From: a virus
Direction: 5' to 3' (one strand)
Virus record (IMG/VR): IMGVR_UViG_3300028115_000004
Coordinates: 51,860-115,859 of that record
DNA: 64,000 bases
This document shows, one piece after another, positions 1 through 9,338 of this stretch (within the stretch, counting starts at the first letter, position 1; each line of letters begins with the position of its first letter). Both the position numbers and the translations under genes were made by a program. Under the pieces are notes generated by a model. The model worked only from the letters and a program-made list of their open reading frames with translations, was not told the DNA's origin and did no database searches.

Positions 1-1721
1 TTACCTACAACACGTTGGGACAACAAGAGTCCTACCGTCTTGACCATATCGCACACGTGGTACTTGGTGAGGGTAAACTGTCCTATGAGGAACACGGTTC
101 CCTACACGCACTGTACAAGACTGACTTTCAGAAGTTCATCGACTATAATATCAAGGACGTTGAACTCGTGGAGAAACTGGATGAGAAACTTGATCTCATC
201 TCTCTGGTTCTCACTATGGCTTATCGTGGTGGGGTGAACTACAATGACACCCTTGGAACCACAAACATCTGGGACACAATCATCTATCGTATTCTAAACG
301 GTCGTAAGATTGCAGTTCCGCCCAAAGTTGAGAAACCCAAGACCCCCTACCCTGGCGGTTACGTGAAAGACCCACAGGTCGGCAGTCACGATTGGGTTAC
401 CTCGTTTGACCTTAACTCGCTGTACCCCAATATCATTGTCCAGTACAACATGTCACCTGAGACTGTCATGGACGGATTCTATAATGACGTATCGGTGGAT
501 GCATTCCTTGCCGGTGACATCGATGTGTCCGGTAATCCCTTCTCTATCGCACCGACAGGCATTAAGTTTACTCACGAACGTGAAGGTGTGATTCCTAGTA
601 TTATTAAACAGTACTATGATGAACGTCGAGTCATCAAGAAAGAGATGTTGAAGTTGCAACAAAAAAACCAAGACAATCCTAGTCGAGAGTTGGAATACAA
701 GATCACCTCCCTGAACAACCAACAGATGGCCATCAAGATTCTAATGAACTCTCTCTACGGTGCACTTGGTAACCGATGGTTCCGTTACTTTGATCAACGG
801 GTTGCGGAGTCCATCACACTTGCGGGTCAGTTGTCAATCAAGTGGGCAGAACGTGCCGTCAATGAGGAGATGAACAAGTTGCTCCAGACTGACGAAGATT
901 ACGTTGTTGCGATTGACACTGACTCCTTATACATTCGGATGAGTTCTCTGGTCGAGAAGTTCAATCCGAAAGACCCCGTGAAGTTTCTGGACAAGATTTG
1001 TTCCGAACACTTCGAAAAGGTTCTGGAGAAATCCTATGCGGAGATGGCGAGAGTCACCAGTGCAATGGTCAACCGTATGGAGATGGGACGTGAGGTAATC
1101 GCAGACCGTGGTATCTGGATGGCCAAGAAACGTTACATCCTCAATGTCCACAACAACGAGGGTGTGCAGTACGTGACCCCTAAACTCAAGTTGATGGGTA
1201 TTGAAGCGGTCAAATCTTCAACTCCGCAGGTCGTTCGTGATAAGTTCAAGGAAGTCTTTCGTGTCATCGTAGAAGGTTCCGAATCAGACACTCAGGCCTT
1301 TATTAGGGACTTTAAGTCCCAATTCAGGAACCGTCCACCCGAAGACATTTCGTTCCCTCGTGGGGTTTCGGAGATCACCAAGTGGCAGGATCGACAGACC
1401 GTCTACAAGAAGGGTTGTCCTATCCACGTGCGTGGTGCGATCCTGTACAACAATGCGATCAAGGAACACTCCCTAACCAAACGGTACGAGCTGGTCAAAA
1501 ATGGTGAGAAGATAAAGTTCGTCTATTTGAGAATGCCTAACCGTCTAAATGAGAATGTGATTGCGTATCCTCTGAACCTCCCACCGGAGTTGGGGTTGCA
1601 CGATTACGTGAACTATGATATGATGTTCGACAAGACATTCCTAGACCCACTCATACCTATTCTGGATGCAGTCGGATGGACTGCAGAACCACAGGCTACC
1701 CTTGATGATTTTTTCTCTTGA
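1..1721 (+). CDS. 43: Family B DNA polymerase (T4 gp43-like), 5'-truncated by window edge
   Basis: PolB motifs [34 protein letters not shown]; C-terminal clamp-binding tail TLDDFFS; frame is open to the window start. Confidence 0.97.
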   Translation, partial: TYNTLGQQESYRLDHIAHVVLGEGKLSYEEHGSLHALYKTDFQKFIDYNIKDVELVEKLDEKLDLISLVLTMAYRGGVNYNDTLGTTNIWDTIIYRILNGRKIAVPPKVEKPKTPYPGGYVKDPQVGSHDWVTSFDLNSLYPNIIVQYNMSPETVMDGFYNDVSVDAFLAGDIDVSGNPFSIAPTGIKFTHEREGVIPSIIKQYYDERRVIKKEMLKLQQKNQDNPSRELEYKITSLNNQQMAIKILMNSLYGALGNRWFRYFDQRVAESITLAGQLSIKWAERAVNEEMNKLLQTDEDYVVAIDTDSLYIRMSSLVEKFNPKDPVKFLDKICSEHFEKVLEKSYAEMARVTSAMVNRMEMGREVIADRGIWMAKKRYILNVHNNEGVQYVTPKLKLMGIEAVKSSTPQVVRDKFKEVFRVIVEGSESDTQAFIRDFKSQFRNRPPEDISFPRGVSEITKWQDRQTVYKKGCPIHVRGAILYNNAIKEHSLTKRYELVKNGEKIKFVYLRMPNRLNENVIAYPLNLPPELGLHDYVNYDMMFDKTFLDPLIPILDAVGWTAEPQATLDDFFS

Positions 1722-1747
1722 CAAATACACTTGATGTATGATATGAT
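1718..1747 (+). promoter_or_regulatory. sigma70-like promoter
   Basis: TTGACA (1718) - 18 nt - TATGAT at the end of gene 43. Confidence 0.45.
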
Positions 1748-1754
1748 ACACCCC

Positions 1755-2690
1755 ATGTATGAATTAACTATGTTCAAAAACCAGTTTGACAACAAGACTC
1801 ACCGGCGTCTGTCGTTTGAGTCGTGGGATTCCTTTGTCAAATGGTTATATAAGATATCTGAAATTAAAGGAGAGAAAGGTGGAAATAATTCTAGTCCTCT
1901 TATTACTCCTGCTGTGTTTGAGGACGGTACTACTCGTTCAAACAAAACAACTAACTATTGGGCAGGCTGGTGTTGCGTGGATGTTGATGATCATGACTTT
2001 CCTGCTGATACCCTGAAGGAGGTTTTGATTGATCGTTTTGGTGAGTATGACTTTGTTTGTTACAGTACTGCTTCTAATAGTAGCACTCTACCTAAATTTC
2101 GCCTCGTATTCCGAACTGACGAACAGGTGGATAGAGACCGAATTAAACAATTCTGGTTTGCACTCAACACATCCCTTGGTGAACTTGGTGACCCACAGAC
2201 AAAAGACCTTGCAAGAATGTATTACGTTCCAGCGCAGTATCCTTGTGATTCTAATTTTATTTTTGACCATCGAGGCGGGAGTTCTATTAATGTATCCGAG
2301 TTGATGGCGAAACACCCATACATTCAAAAGACAGGTAATTCCTTCCTAGATAGATTACCACCAGAATTGCAGAAGGCGGTAATTGAACACCGTAAGAGTC
2401 AACTAGATAATACCAACTATACGTGGACATCCTACCATGACTGTCCTTTCTGGCCCAAGAGTCTTGCAGTAGAGTATATGCATATCTCTAATACAGGTTG
2501 GTATCACAAGATGTATCAGATCATGGTAGCGGTTGCGGGACGTGCGTATGAGAGTGGTTATCCGATCACTGCAAATCAGATTGCGGAGATGTGTAAACAG
2601 TTTGATAGCGAGACGGGTAATTGGTATGAGAACAGACCATTGACAGTAGAGGCAGACAGAGCTTTGGAGTACATTTATAAAAATGGATAA
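1755..2690 (+). CDS. Archaeo-eukaryotic primase (Prim-Pol)-like protein
   Basis: CVDVDD (DxD), YSTAS..PKFRLVF, DPQTKDLARMYYVP pattern plus a helical C-terminal domain. Confidence 0.55.
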   Translation: MYELTMFKNQFDNKTHRRLSFESWDSFVKWLYKISEIKGEKGGNNSSPLITPAVFEDGTTRSNKTTNYWAGWCCVDVDDHDFPADTLKEVLIDRFGEYDFVCYSTASNSSTLPKFRLVFRTDEQVDRDRIKQFWFALNTSLGELGDPQTKDLARMYYVPAQYPCDSNFIFDHRGGSSINVSELMAKHPYIQKTGNSFLDRLPPELQKAVIEHRKSQLDNTNYTWTSYHDCPFWPKSLAVEYMHISNTGWYHKMYQIMVAVAGRAYESGYPITANQIAEMCKQFDSETGNWYENRPLTVEADRALEYIYKNG

Positions 2691-3687
2691 GTTAAAAATA
2701 TTAATCACAGGTGGGGCTGGTTTTATCGGTTCTCAATTGTATGCGAGACTCGCAGATAAACATGATGTTGTATCGATGGATAACTACAACGATCATCTCT
2801 ATCATCCCAAACTAAAGACTCAAAGAACCAAACAGTTCGAACTTACGTTCTGGGATAGAGATATTCGAAGTGACATCTTGACGAATTCATCTCTAATTAA
2901 TCACGGAGGCGCTGGGCCTTTTGATTATATTATTCACCTCGCAGCACACGCAGGTGTGAGAGATTCCTTTGGTAATGAAGCTGAGTATCATTCTAACAAT
3001 ATTGACGGTACTCAAAAGTTGATTGATATTATCAACGATATGCCTGAAGGTATGAAGAGACCTCGTGTGATCTATGCATCTACTAGTTCTGTTTATGGTG
3101 GTACTCCCATTACAGAAAACGGTTGGGTTGAAGATAACGTTAAGGCGCACCAACTGAACGCTTATGCATACACTAAGTACGTCAACGAATGTCAGTTCAA
3201 GTCCTCTGGTATTGATAATGTTGGACTGAGATTCTTTACTGTTTATGGCCCTTGGGGTCGTCCTGATATGGCACTCTTTCAGTTTACGAAAAAAATACTT
3301 GACGGAGAGACCATTGACGTGTATAATTATGGGGACATGAAACGAGACTTTACCTACATCGACGATATTCTTGACGGTATTGAGATTGTCCTTGAGAAGT
3401 TTGATAGTCGTGAAATTGAGTCAAATGAAATATTTAATATCGGTAGGGGTGAACAGGTTCAACTGATGGACTTCATCAAGGCGATTGAACGGGAGACCGG
3501 AAAGGGTGCCAAGATGAATCTCTGTGAGAAACACCCCGCAGATACTAAAGAGACTTGGAGTAACACAGAGAAACTTCAGGCACTTGGATATAGTCCCAAG
3601 GTGTCTATTGATGAAGGTGTTAAGAAATTTTTTGAATGGTACAAAGAGTGGATACCTAAACTAGGAGATGTAACAAATGGCAGATGA
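2683..3687 (+). CDS. NAD-dependent epimerase, UDP-glucuronate 4-epimerase-like
   Basis: ITGGAGFIG, HLAAHAGVR, YAYTK (YxxxK), LRFFTVYGPWGRPDMA, RDFTYIDD. Confidence 0.9.
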   Translation: MDKLKILITGGAGFIGSQLYARLADKHDVVSMDNYNDHLYHPKLKTQRTKQFELTFWDRDIRSDILTNSSLINHGGAGPFDYIIHLAAHAGVRDSFGNEAEYHSNNIDGTQKLIDIINDMPEGMKRPRVIYASTSSVYGGTPITENGWVEDNVKAHQLNAYAYTKYVNECQFKSSGIDNVGLRFFTVYGPWGRPDMALFQFTKKILDGETIDVYNYGDMKRDFTYIDDILDGIEIVLEKFDSREIESNEIFNIGRGEQVQLMDFIKAIERETGKGAKMNLCEKHPADTKETWSNTEKLQALGYSPKVSIDEGVKKFFEWYKEWIPKLGDVTNGR

Positions 3688-4705
3688 TTTTGACAAATAT
3701 AATCCAGCAATGAATGAGGCAGCTGGGCCTACTCAAGCGGACAAACAGAAACCGATCAGTTACAACAACCCCTTTCGACTAGGGATTGTTGGACACGGCT
3801 TTGTTGGTCGTGCGGTCGAGTATGCATTCACACATCCCCTAGTGGATTTGCATATCGCTGATCCGAAGTATGATACTTCTGTTGACGATATGTTGGAGTT
3901 TGATCCTATGTGTGTGTTCGTGTGTGCGCCTACGCCCATGAATGCAGAAACGGGTTTCGTGGATGCGTCTATTGTTGAGGATGCAGTACTCAAGTTGATT
4001 GAACATACCGAAGCATTGGTTGTTGTTAAATCGACAATTACACCTGACATTATTGACCGTCTGTACAACTCTATGTTCGAAGATGGGGTTGACCGTTTCG
4101 TGTATAACCCTGAGTTCCTCACGGAGAAGTCTGCAGAAGAACAGTTCGTGAATGCTGACTTCCATGTTCTTGGTGGTACTGAACGTGGTACTGCAGAACT
4201 GACTCAGATTTATGATATCTTCAGTCTGTGCAAATCTGACACGTACTATCGCATGTCAGCTGCAGAGGCATCGTTTGTTAAGTATGGTATTAACGCATTC
4301 CTTGCAACCAAGGTCACGTTCTTTAATCAGTTCTTTGATCTTGTCAACATGTTCGGATGTAGTTATAATATCGTTACTCGTGCAATGGGTTCTGACCCTC
4401 GTGTGGGTATCGGTCACACTCGTGTGCCGGGCTATGATCGCAAACGTGGATTCGGTGGTGCATGTCTTCCCAAGGATACGACTGCACTGTTGAAGTTCTC
4501 AGAGATCAAGGACGAAGAAGGTAACGTGGTCAGTTTTGATCTGTTGAAGAATGTGTTGGATATCAACAATCGTTATCGACAGAACTACGAACTTGACGAA
4601 CGAGAGAAAGCAAACAATATTACATTTGGAGATGAAAATGAGCGTGATGGACAAACTGAAGAAGAACAGCAAGATCAAGACAACGGAGGTGTTGTCGGAG
4701 AGTAA
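3677..4705 (+). CDS. UDP-glucose/GDP-mannose 6-dehydrogenase family protein (short form)
   Basis: GIVGHGFVG, CAPTP, VVKST, YNPEFL, GFGGACLPKD with catalytic Cys. Confidence 0.9.
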   Translation: MADDFDKYNPAMNEAAGPTQADKQKPISYNNPFRLGIVGHGFVGRAVEYAFTHPLVDLHIADPKYDTSVDDMLEFDPMCVFVCAPTPMNAETGFVDASIVEDAVLKLIEHTEALVVVKSTITPDIIDRLYNSMFEDGVDRFVYNPEFLTEKSAEEQFVNADFHVLGGTERGTAELTQIYDIFSLCKSDTYYRMSAAEASFVKYGINAFLATKVTFFNQFFDLVNMFGCSYNIVTRAMGSDPRVGIGHTRVPGYDRKRGFGGACLPKDTTALLKFSEIKDEEGNVVSFDLLKNVLDINNRYRQNYELDEREKANNITFGDENERDGQTEEEQQDQDNGGVVGE

Positions 4706-5690
4706 GTTCTTCACTGAAAAGGACATGGTTCCTACCGATGTGCCAATGGTTAACGTGGCACTATCGGGTTCAATCAACGGTGGTGTGACGCCAGGACTTA
4801 CGGTTCTGGCAGGCCCATCGAAACACTTCAAGACTTCATTCGCCCTGTTGATGGCGGGTGCGTATCTGAAGGAGAAAGAAGATGCGGTATTACTATTCTA
4901 TGATAGTGAGTTTGGTTCCCCCCAATCTTATTTCCAACAGTTTGGAATTGACACTAGTCGTGTCCTTCACACTCCTATCACAAATGTAGAAGAACTCAAG
5001 TTCGATCTAATCAATCAACTTGAAGAAATAGATCGTGATGATAATGTCATTGTCGTTATCGATTCGATTGGTAACCTTGCGTCCAAGAAAGAACTTGAAG
5101 ATGCATTGAATGAGAAAGGTGTTGCTGACATGTCTCGTGCGAAAGCACTGAAAGGTCTGTTCCGTATGGCAACCCCATACCTTGCGATGAAGAACATTCC
5201 TATGTTGGCTGTCAACCATACCTACAAAGAGATCGGTTTGTTCCCGAAAGATATTGTGGGTGGTGGTACGGGTATCTACTACTCTGCCGATAACATCTGG
5301 ATTCTGGGTCGTCAACAAGACAAACAGGGTACTGAGATCAAGGGTTATCACTTTGTAATCAATGTGGAGAAGTCCCGTTATGTTAAAGAAAAGTCTAAAA
5401 TCCCTATCTCAGTTTCTTGGGAAGGCGGTGTTCAACGTTGGAGCGGCCTTTTGGATGTTGCTCTTGTTGGTGGGTATGTTGCTAAGCCTAGTAACGGTTG
5501 GTACTGTCGTGTTGACACTAACACTGGGGAACTGGTTGACCCTAAAGTTCGATTGGCTCAGACACTAGAAGAAGAGTTCTGGGCTCCGATCTTTGAGTTT
5601 AGTGACTTCGCAGATTTTCTGGAGAAACAATACAAGATCGGTCTACCTCAACAGGTTGGGATGGATGAGATTGTCGATGCCGAAGATTAA
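4638..5690 (+). CDS. uvsX: RecA-like recombinase UvsX
   Basis: LAGPSKHFKT Walker A variant, YDSEFG, IDSIGNLASKKE, GGGTGIYYSAD; GGAG RBS before ATG 4638. Confidence 0.96.
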   Translation: MSVMDKLKKNSKIKTTEVLSESKFFTEKDMVPTDVPMVNVALSGSINGGVTPGLTVLAGPSKHFKTSFALLMAGAYLKEKEDAVLLFYDSEFGSPQSYFQQFGIDTSRVLHTPITNVEELKFDLINQLEEIDRDDNVIVVIDSIGNLASKKELEDALNEKGVADMSRAKALKGLFRMATPYLAMKNIPMLAVNHTYKEIGLFPKDIVGGGTGIYYSADNIWILGRQQDKQGTEIKGYHFVINVEKSRYVKEKSKIPISVSWEGGVQRWSGLLDVALVGGYVAKPSNGWYCRVDTNTGELVDPKVRLAQTLEEEFWAPIFEFSDFADFLEKQYKIGLPQQVGMDEIVDAED

Positions 5691-5994
5691 TGTCGATAAG
5701 GTCTCGGAGGGAATTGACTACAAGTTGATTCCCGTCGAGGACTCACCAAATGATCAAGCGTGGGATGTTCGCATCCTACGTGGTGATCTTACAGAAACAG
5801 TTATTCGTTATGGAAATGTCGCTTTTGATGGCAGTAGGGATTGCCTTACCTTCAACTTTGTGATAGTATACACCCCTGACCCTGAAGTGACAACTGAAGA
5901 CGTAAACCTTCAAGAACATGCCGCTGATATCCTAGAAGACATTCTGGAGAAGGCACATGCGGAGGGGTGGCTCGTCGCACAAGAGAGGAAATAG
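5677..5994 (+). CDS. Hypothetical protein in the T4 gp40 position
   Basis: Small acidic ORF between uvsX and 41; assignment is positional only. Confidence 0.5.
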   Translation: MPKINVDKVSEGIDYKLIPVEDSPNDQAWDVRILRGDLTETVIRYGNVAFDGSRDCLTFNFVIVYTPDPEVTTEDVNLQEHAADILEDILEKAHAEGWLVAQERK

Positions 5995-7382
5995 TGGATA
6001 TTAATCTAGAACAAACGATTCTAAAGAACCTAGTAACAAACGATCCATTTGCACGTAAAGTTGCAGCATTTATCCTACCGGACTACTTCGAAGGAGTGTA
6101 CAAGTCACTCTTTCGGGAGTTCACCAAATTTATTGCCAAGTACAACAAACTTCCTACCTTGGAAGCTTTCAAGATTGAGATTGATGAGGGAGATCGTCTA
6201 TCGGATGAACAGTATCGTCATGCGGTGGAAATCTTACCTAACTTGTTTGTAAAGGAAGAATCTAATCTTGACTGGTTGGTTGATCGTACTGAGAAGTGGT
6301 GTCAAGACCGAGCCGTTTTCAATGCGGTCATGGAGTCTATCCAGATCATTGAAGGTAAACACAAGTCTCTTGCGAAGGGTTCTATTCCAGAAGTCTTGAG
6401 TAAGGCACTGTCGGTGACCTTTGACACTAATATCGGTCACGATTATCTGGAGAATGTAGATGCCCGATTCAACTTCTACCACGAAAAAGAAGAACGTATT
6501 CCGTTCGATCTGGAATACTTCAATGATATCACTAAGGGTGGATTACCTAACAAAACCCTCAACATCGCTCTTGCTGGTACGGGTGTGGGTAAATCTCTTT
6601 TCATGTGCCATTGTGCTGGAGCTTCCCTGTCACAGGGGAAAAATGTCCTTTACGTCACTATGGAAATGGCTGAAGAGCGTATCGCAGAACGGATCGATGC
6701 AAATCTTCTCAACGTCCCGATAGATCAACTTGAGAACCTATCGAAGGATATGTTCCGTGATCGTGTGGGTGAAATCTCACGTAAGACTCAGGGCAAGTTG
6801 ATCATCAAAGAATACCCGACAGGACAGGCGAATGCCTCGCACTTCCGTGCCCTGTTGAACGAACTGAAACTGAAGAAGAACTTTGTTCCTGACCTAATCT
6901 TTATTGATTACCTGAACATCTGTGCCTCTTCTCGTATGAAAGGAATGGGCGGTGCTATTAACTCGTATACGTATATCAAGTCTATTGCTGAGGAGTTACG
7001 TGGGTTGGCGGTGGAATTCGACGTGCCGATTATGTCTGCAACACAGACGACACGTTCTGGTTACTCTAATGACGATGTGGGGCTTGAAGACACGTCCGAA
7101 TCTTTTGGACTACCCGCAACCGCTGACTTTATGTTCGCACTCATCTCCAATAATGAACTTAATGCTCAGGGAAAAATACTTGTCAAACAGTTAAAAAACA
7201 GGTATAATGATCCCACACATAACCAAAGATTTGTGGTTGGTGTGGATCGTTCCAAGATGCGTCTGTTCGATTGTGATCAGTCATCTATGAATGATGATGA
7301 AGATAATGGGCCTGCATTCGATAATTCAGAAGCGGGTCAACGTGTAAACATGGAACAGAAATTTAGGAACTTTAAGATATGA
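5994..7382 (+). CDS. 41: Replicative DNA helicase (gp41-like)
   Basis: LAGTGVGKS, TMEMAEERIAERIDAN, IIKEYPT, IDYLNIC, SATQTTR, KQLKNRY. Confidence 0.96.
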   Translation: MDINLEQTILKNLVTNDPFARKVAAFILPDYFEGVYKSLFREFTKFIAKYNKLPTLEAFKIEIDEGDRLSDEQYRHAVEILPNLFVKEESNLDWLVDRTEKWCQDRAVFNAVMESIQIIEGKHKSLAKGSIPEVLSKALSVTFDTNIGHDYLENVDARFNFYHEKEERIPFDLEYFNDITKGGLPNKTLNIALAGTGVGKSLFMCHCAGASLSQGKNVLYVTMEMAEERIAERIDANLLNVPIDQLENLSKDMFRDRVGEISRKTQGKLIIKEYPTGQANASHFRALLNELKLKKNFVPDLIFIDYLNICASSRMKGMGGAINSYTYIKSIAEELRGLAVEFDVPIMSATQTTRSGYSNDDVGLEDTSESFGLPATADFMFALISNNELNAQGKILVKQLKNRYNDPTHNQRFVVGVDRSKMRLFDCDQSSMNDDEDNGPAFDNSEAGQRVNMEQKFRNFKI

Positions 7383-7582
7383 CAGGGACAGAACATACAT
7401 TATGGACATTGTGTTTAGTGATACCTATATACTACCTTGGTAATTATCTTGGTTACCAGAGAGGAAAAGAAGAGGGTGTTGCTGACGCAATAGAATTTTT
7501 TATTAAGAAGAAGTGGTTTAAGGATCACATCGAAAAGGAGATAGCCGAAAATGAGTTCAGTGAAACTGATAGCTCTGAGTAG
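7379..7582 (+). CDS. Small membrane protein
   Basis: N-terminal hydrophobic segment; overlaps both neighbours. Confidence 0.55.
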   Translation: MTGTEHTLWTLCLVIPIYYLGNYLGYQRGKEEGVADAIEFFIKKKWFKDHIEKEIAENEFSETDSSE

Positions 7583-8243
7583 TCCTAGTGCAGAGACAGG
7601 ATGTCACACAGCAGAAGACTTAGTTGCGTATGCAGCTCGGGTAAGTAACCCTGCAAACCAGAACAATACGGAGACTGCGCCACGTCTCCTGAAGTACTTG
7701 ATTCGGGAACAACATTGGTCACCGCTTGAGATGGTGCATATCACTATGGAGATTCAAACGACTCGTGATATTAGTCGTCAGATCATTCGTCACCGATCAT
7801 TCTCGTTTCAAGAGTTCTCACAACGATATGCGGTAAGTGACAGTTTCACGAATCGTCAGGCTCGTCTTCAAGACCCCAAGAACCGTCAGAACTCAATCCC
7901 CATTGAAGTTCCGGAAGCCACGGGTGGCGAGGGTTCGGTACGTTCCAGTACGGAACGTCTGTACGAAGACTGGAACATGAAACAACGTGAAGTGATTAAC
8001 AAGGCGAACGATGTCTATAAGTGGGCGCTAAATAATGGTATCGCAAAGGAACAGGCACGTGCAGTACTGCCCGAAGGTAATACTCAGACAACTTTGTATA
8101 TGAGTGGTTCACTGCGGTCTTGGATTCATTACTGTGAACTTCGTCGAGGTCATGGTACACAACTAGAACATATGCGGGTAGCGGATCAATGTTGGGAAAT
8201 CATTGGTGGCCACTTCCCGTCCGTAGTGGAGGCTTTATCATGA
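7551..8243 (+). CDS. thyX: Flavin-dependent thymidylate synthase
   Basis: HWSPLE, RHRSFSFQEFSQRY ThyX motif, EQARAVLP, LRRGHGTQLEH. Confidence 0.95.
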   Translation: MSSVKLIALSSPSAETGCHTAEDLVAYAARVSNPANQNNTETAPRLLKYLIREQHWSPLEMVHITMEIQTTRDISRQIIRHRSFSFQEFSQRYAVSDSFTNRQARLQDPKNRQNSIPIEVPEATGGEGSVRSSTERLYEDWNMKQREVINKANDVYKWALNNGIAKEQARAVLPEGNTQTTLYMSGSLRSWIHYCELRRGHGTQLEHMRVADQCWEIIGGHFPSVVEALS

Positions 8244-8416
8244 TGTATAGGTGCAATGTAGTTGAGGATAGTGATGGTCATCAATGTCTGGAATTTACAG
8301 ACGAATTGATGGACGCACTTGATTTGAAAGTGGGTGATGAAATTATCTGGGAAGAGAATCACATCACAGGTGAATGGTCGTTTAGAAAAAAGGTAGTTGC
8401 AGATAGTCTGAGATAG
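8240..8416 (+). CDS. Small AbrB/MazE-like protein
   Basis: LEFTDELMDALDLKVGDEIIW swapped-hairpin-like pattern. Confidence 0.55.
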   Translation: MMYRCNVVEDSDGHQCLEFTDELMDALDLKVGDEIIWEENHITGEWSFRKKVVADSLR

Positions 8417-8437
8417 CGAGACTGCGGGAGGAAATGA

Positions 8438-9106
8438 ATGGAAGTAACGATTCGAAATAAAGACTTCCTTGCGACACTTGATGCTTTCAAGGATCAGATG
8501 TTTGCGGTAGAAGGTTACAACGATCCTAAGTATCATGTATACAGTGAACCCGATGATAAACATCGTGGTAGGTACTACACCAGTGAACACTACCTTCGCA
8601 ATATCTCTCTGAACGCAAAGGAACCTGTTGGCCCTCCGGATCGACACTTCGCACAACCCATTGCAAAGATGGTACGTGAAGACCCTGAGAAGTGGAGTGC
8701 ATACATGCAGTTGGTGAAGTATGACTTTGCCTCTGAGATTGGTGCACACACGTCTGCATTGTTGTCCTACTATCCGCCTGGCGGGTTTGTGGGATGGCAT
8801 ACCAACTGGGATGCGTCTGCGTATCAGGTGTTATTCACTTGGTCTACGGGTGATGGTTACTTCTCTTATTATGATAAAGAGAAAGACGAAGTGATCACAA
8901 TTCAGGACGTGCCAGGATGGCAGTGTAGACACTACTACTTTGGGCCGAAGGAAGAACCTGAGAACCTGTGTTGGCACGGTGCGTATGCGGGAGGGGAACG
9001 TATTACCCTTGCATATAAATTCTGTGGTTATGGTAGGAACGATCCTCGTGATGAGAAAGCGAGGCAGTTACGTGATTTATTAATTGAGGAGATTGAAAAT
9101 GATTGA
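8438..9106 (+). CDS. 2OG-Fe(II) oxygenase-like (double-stranded beta-helix) protein
   Basis: YYPPGGFVGWHTN ... WHGA ... RITLAY. Confidence 0.6.
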   Translation: MEVTIRNKDFLATLDAFKDQMFAVEGYNDPKYHVYSEPDDKHRGRYYTSEHYLRNISLNAKEPVGPPDRHFAQPIAKMVREDPEKWSAYMQLVKYDFASEIGAHTSALLSYYPPGGFVGWHTNWDASAYQVLFTWSTGDGYFSYYDKEKDEVITIQDVPGWQCRHYYFGPKEEPENLCWHGAYAGGERITLAYKFCGYGRNDPRDEKARQLRDLLIEEIEND

Positions 9107-9338
9107 TGACGAAAAGAAGAAACTTCAGAGTGCAATTAAAGAGATGTCTATGTCCATGACTCGTGTGGACGCAGAGAAAGACCTTCAGAAGGATATCATC
9201 CAGAGTGCGTTTGATGATACTGGGGTAGACAAGAAGTACATTCGCAAGTTGGCGATGATCTACCATAAACAGAGTCTCACCGACTTTCAGACTGAGACCG
9301 AAGAAGTACAGAACCTATACGAGGACTTGTTTCTGTAA
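9099..9338 (+). CDS. dsbA: Double-stranded DNA-binding protein (T4 DsbA-like)
   Basis: AIKEMS..MTRVDAEKDLQKDI...KYIRKLAMIYHKQ...YEDLF resembles T4 DsbA; ~80 aa. Confidence 0.75.
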   Translation: MIDDEKKKLQSAIKEMSMSMTRVDAEKDLQKDIIQSAFDDTGVDKKYIRKLAMIYHKQSLTDFQTETEEVQNLYEDLFL

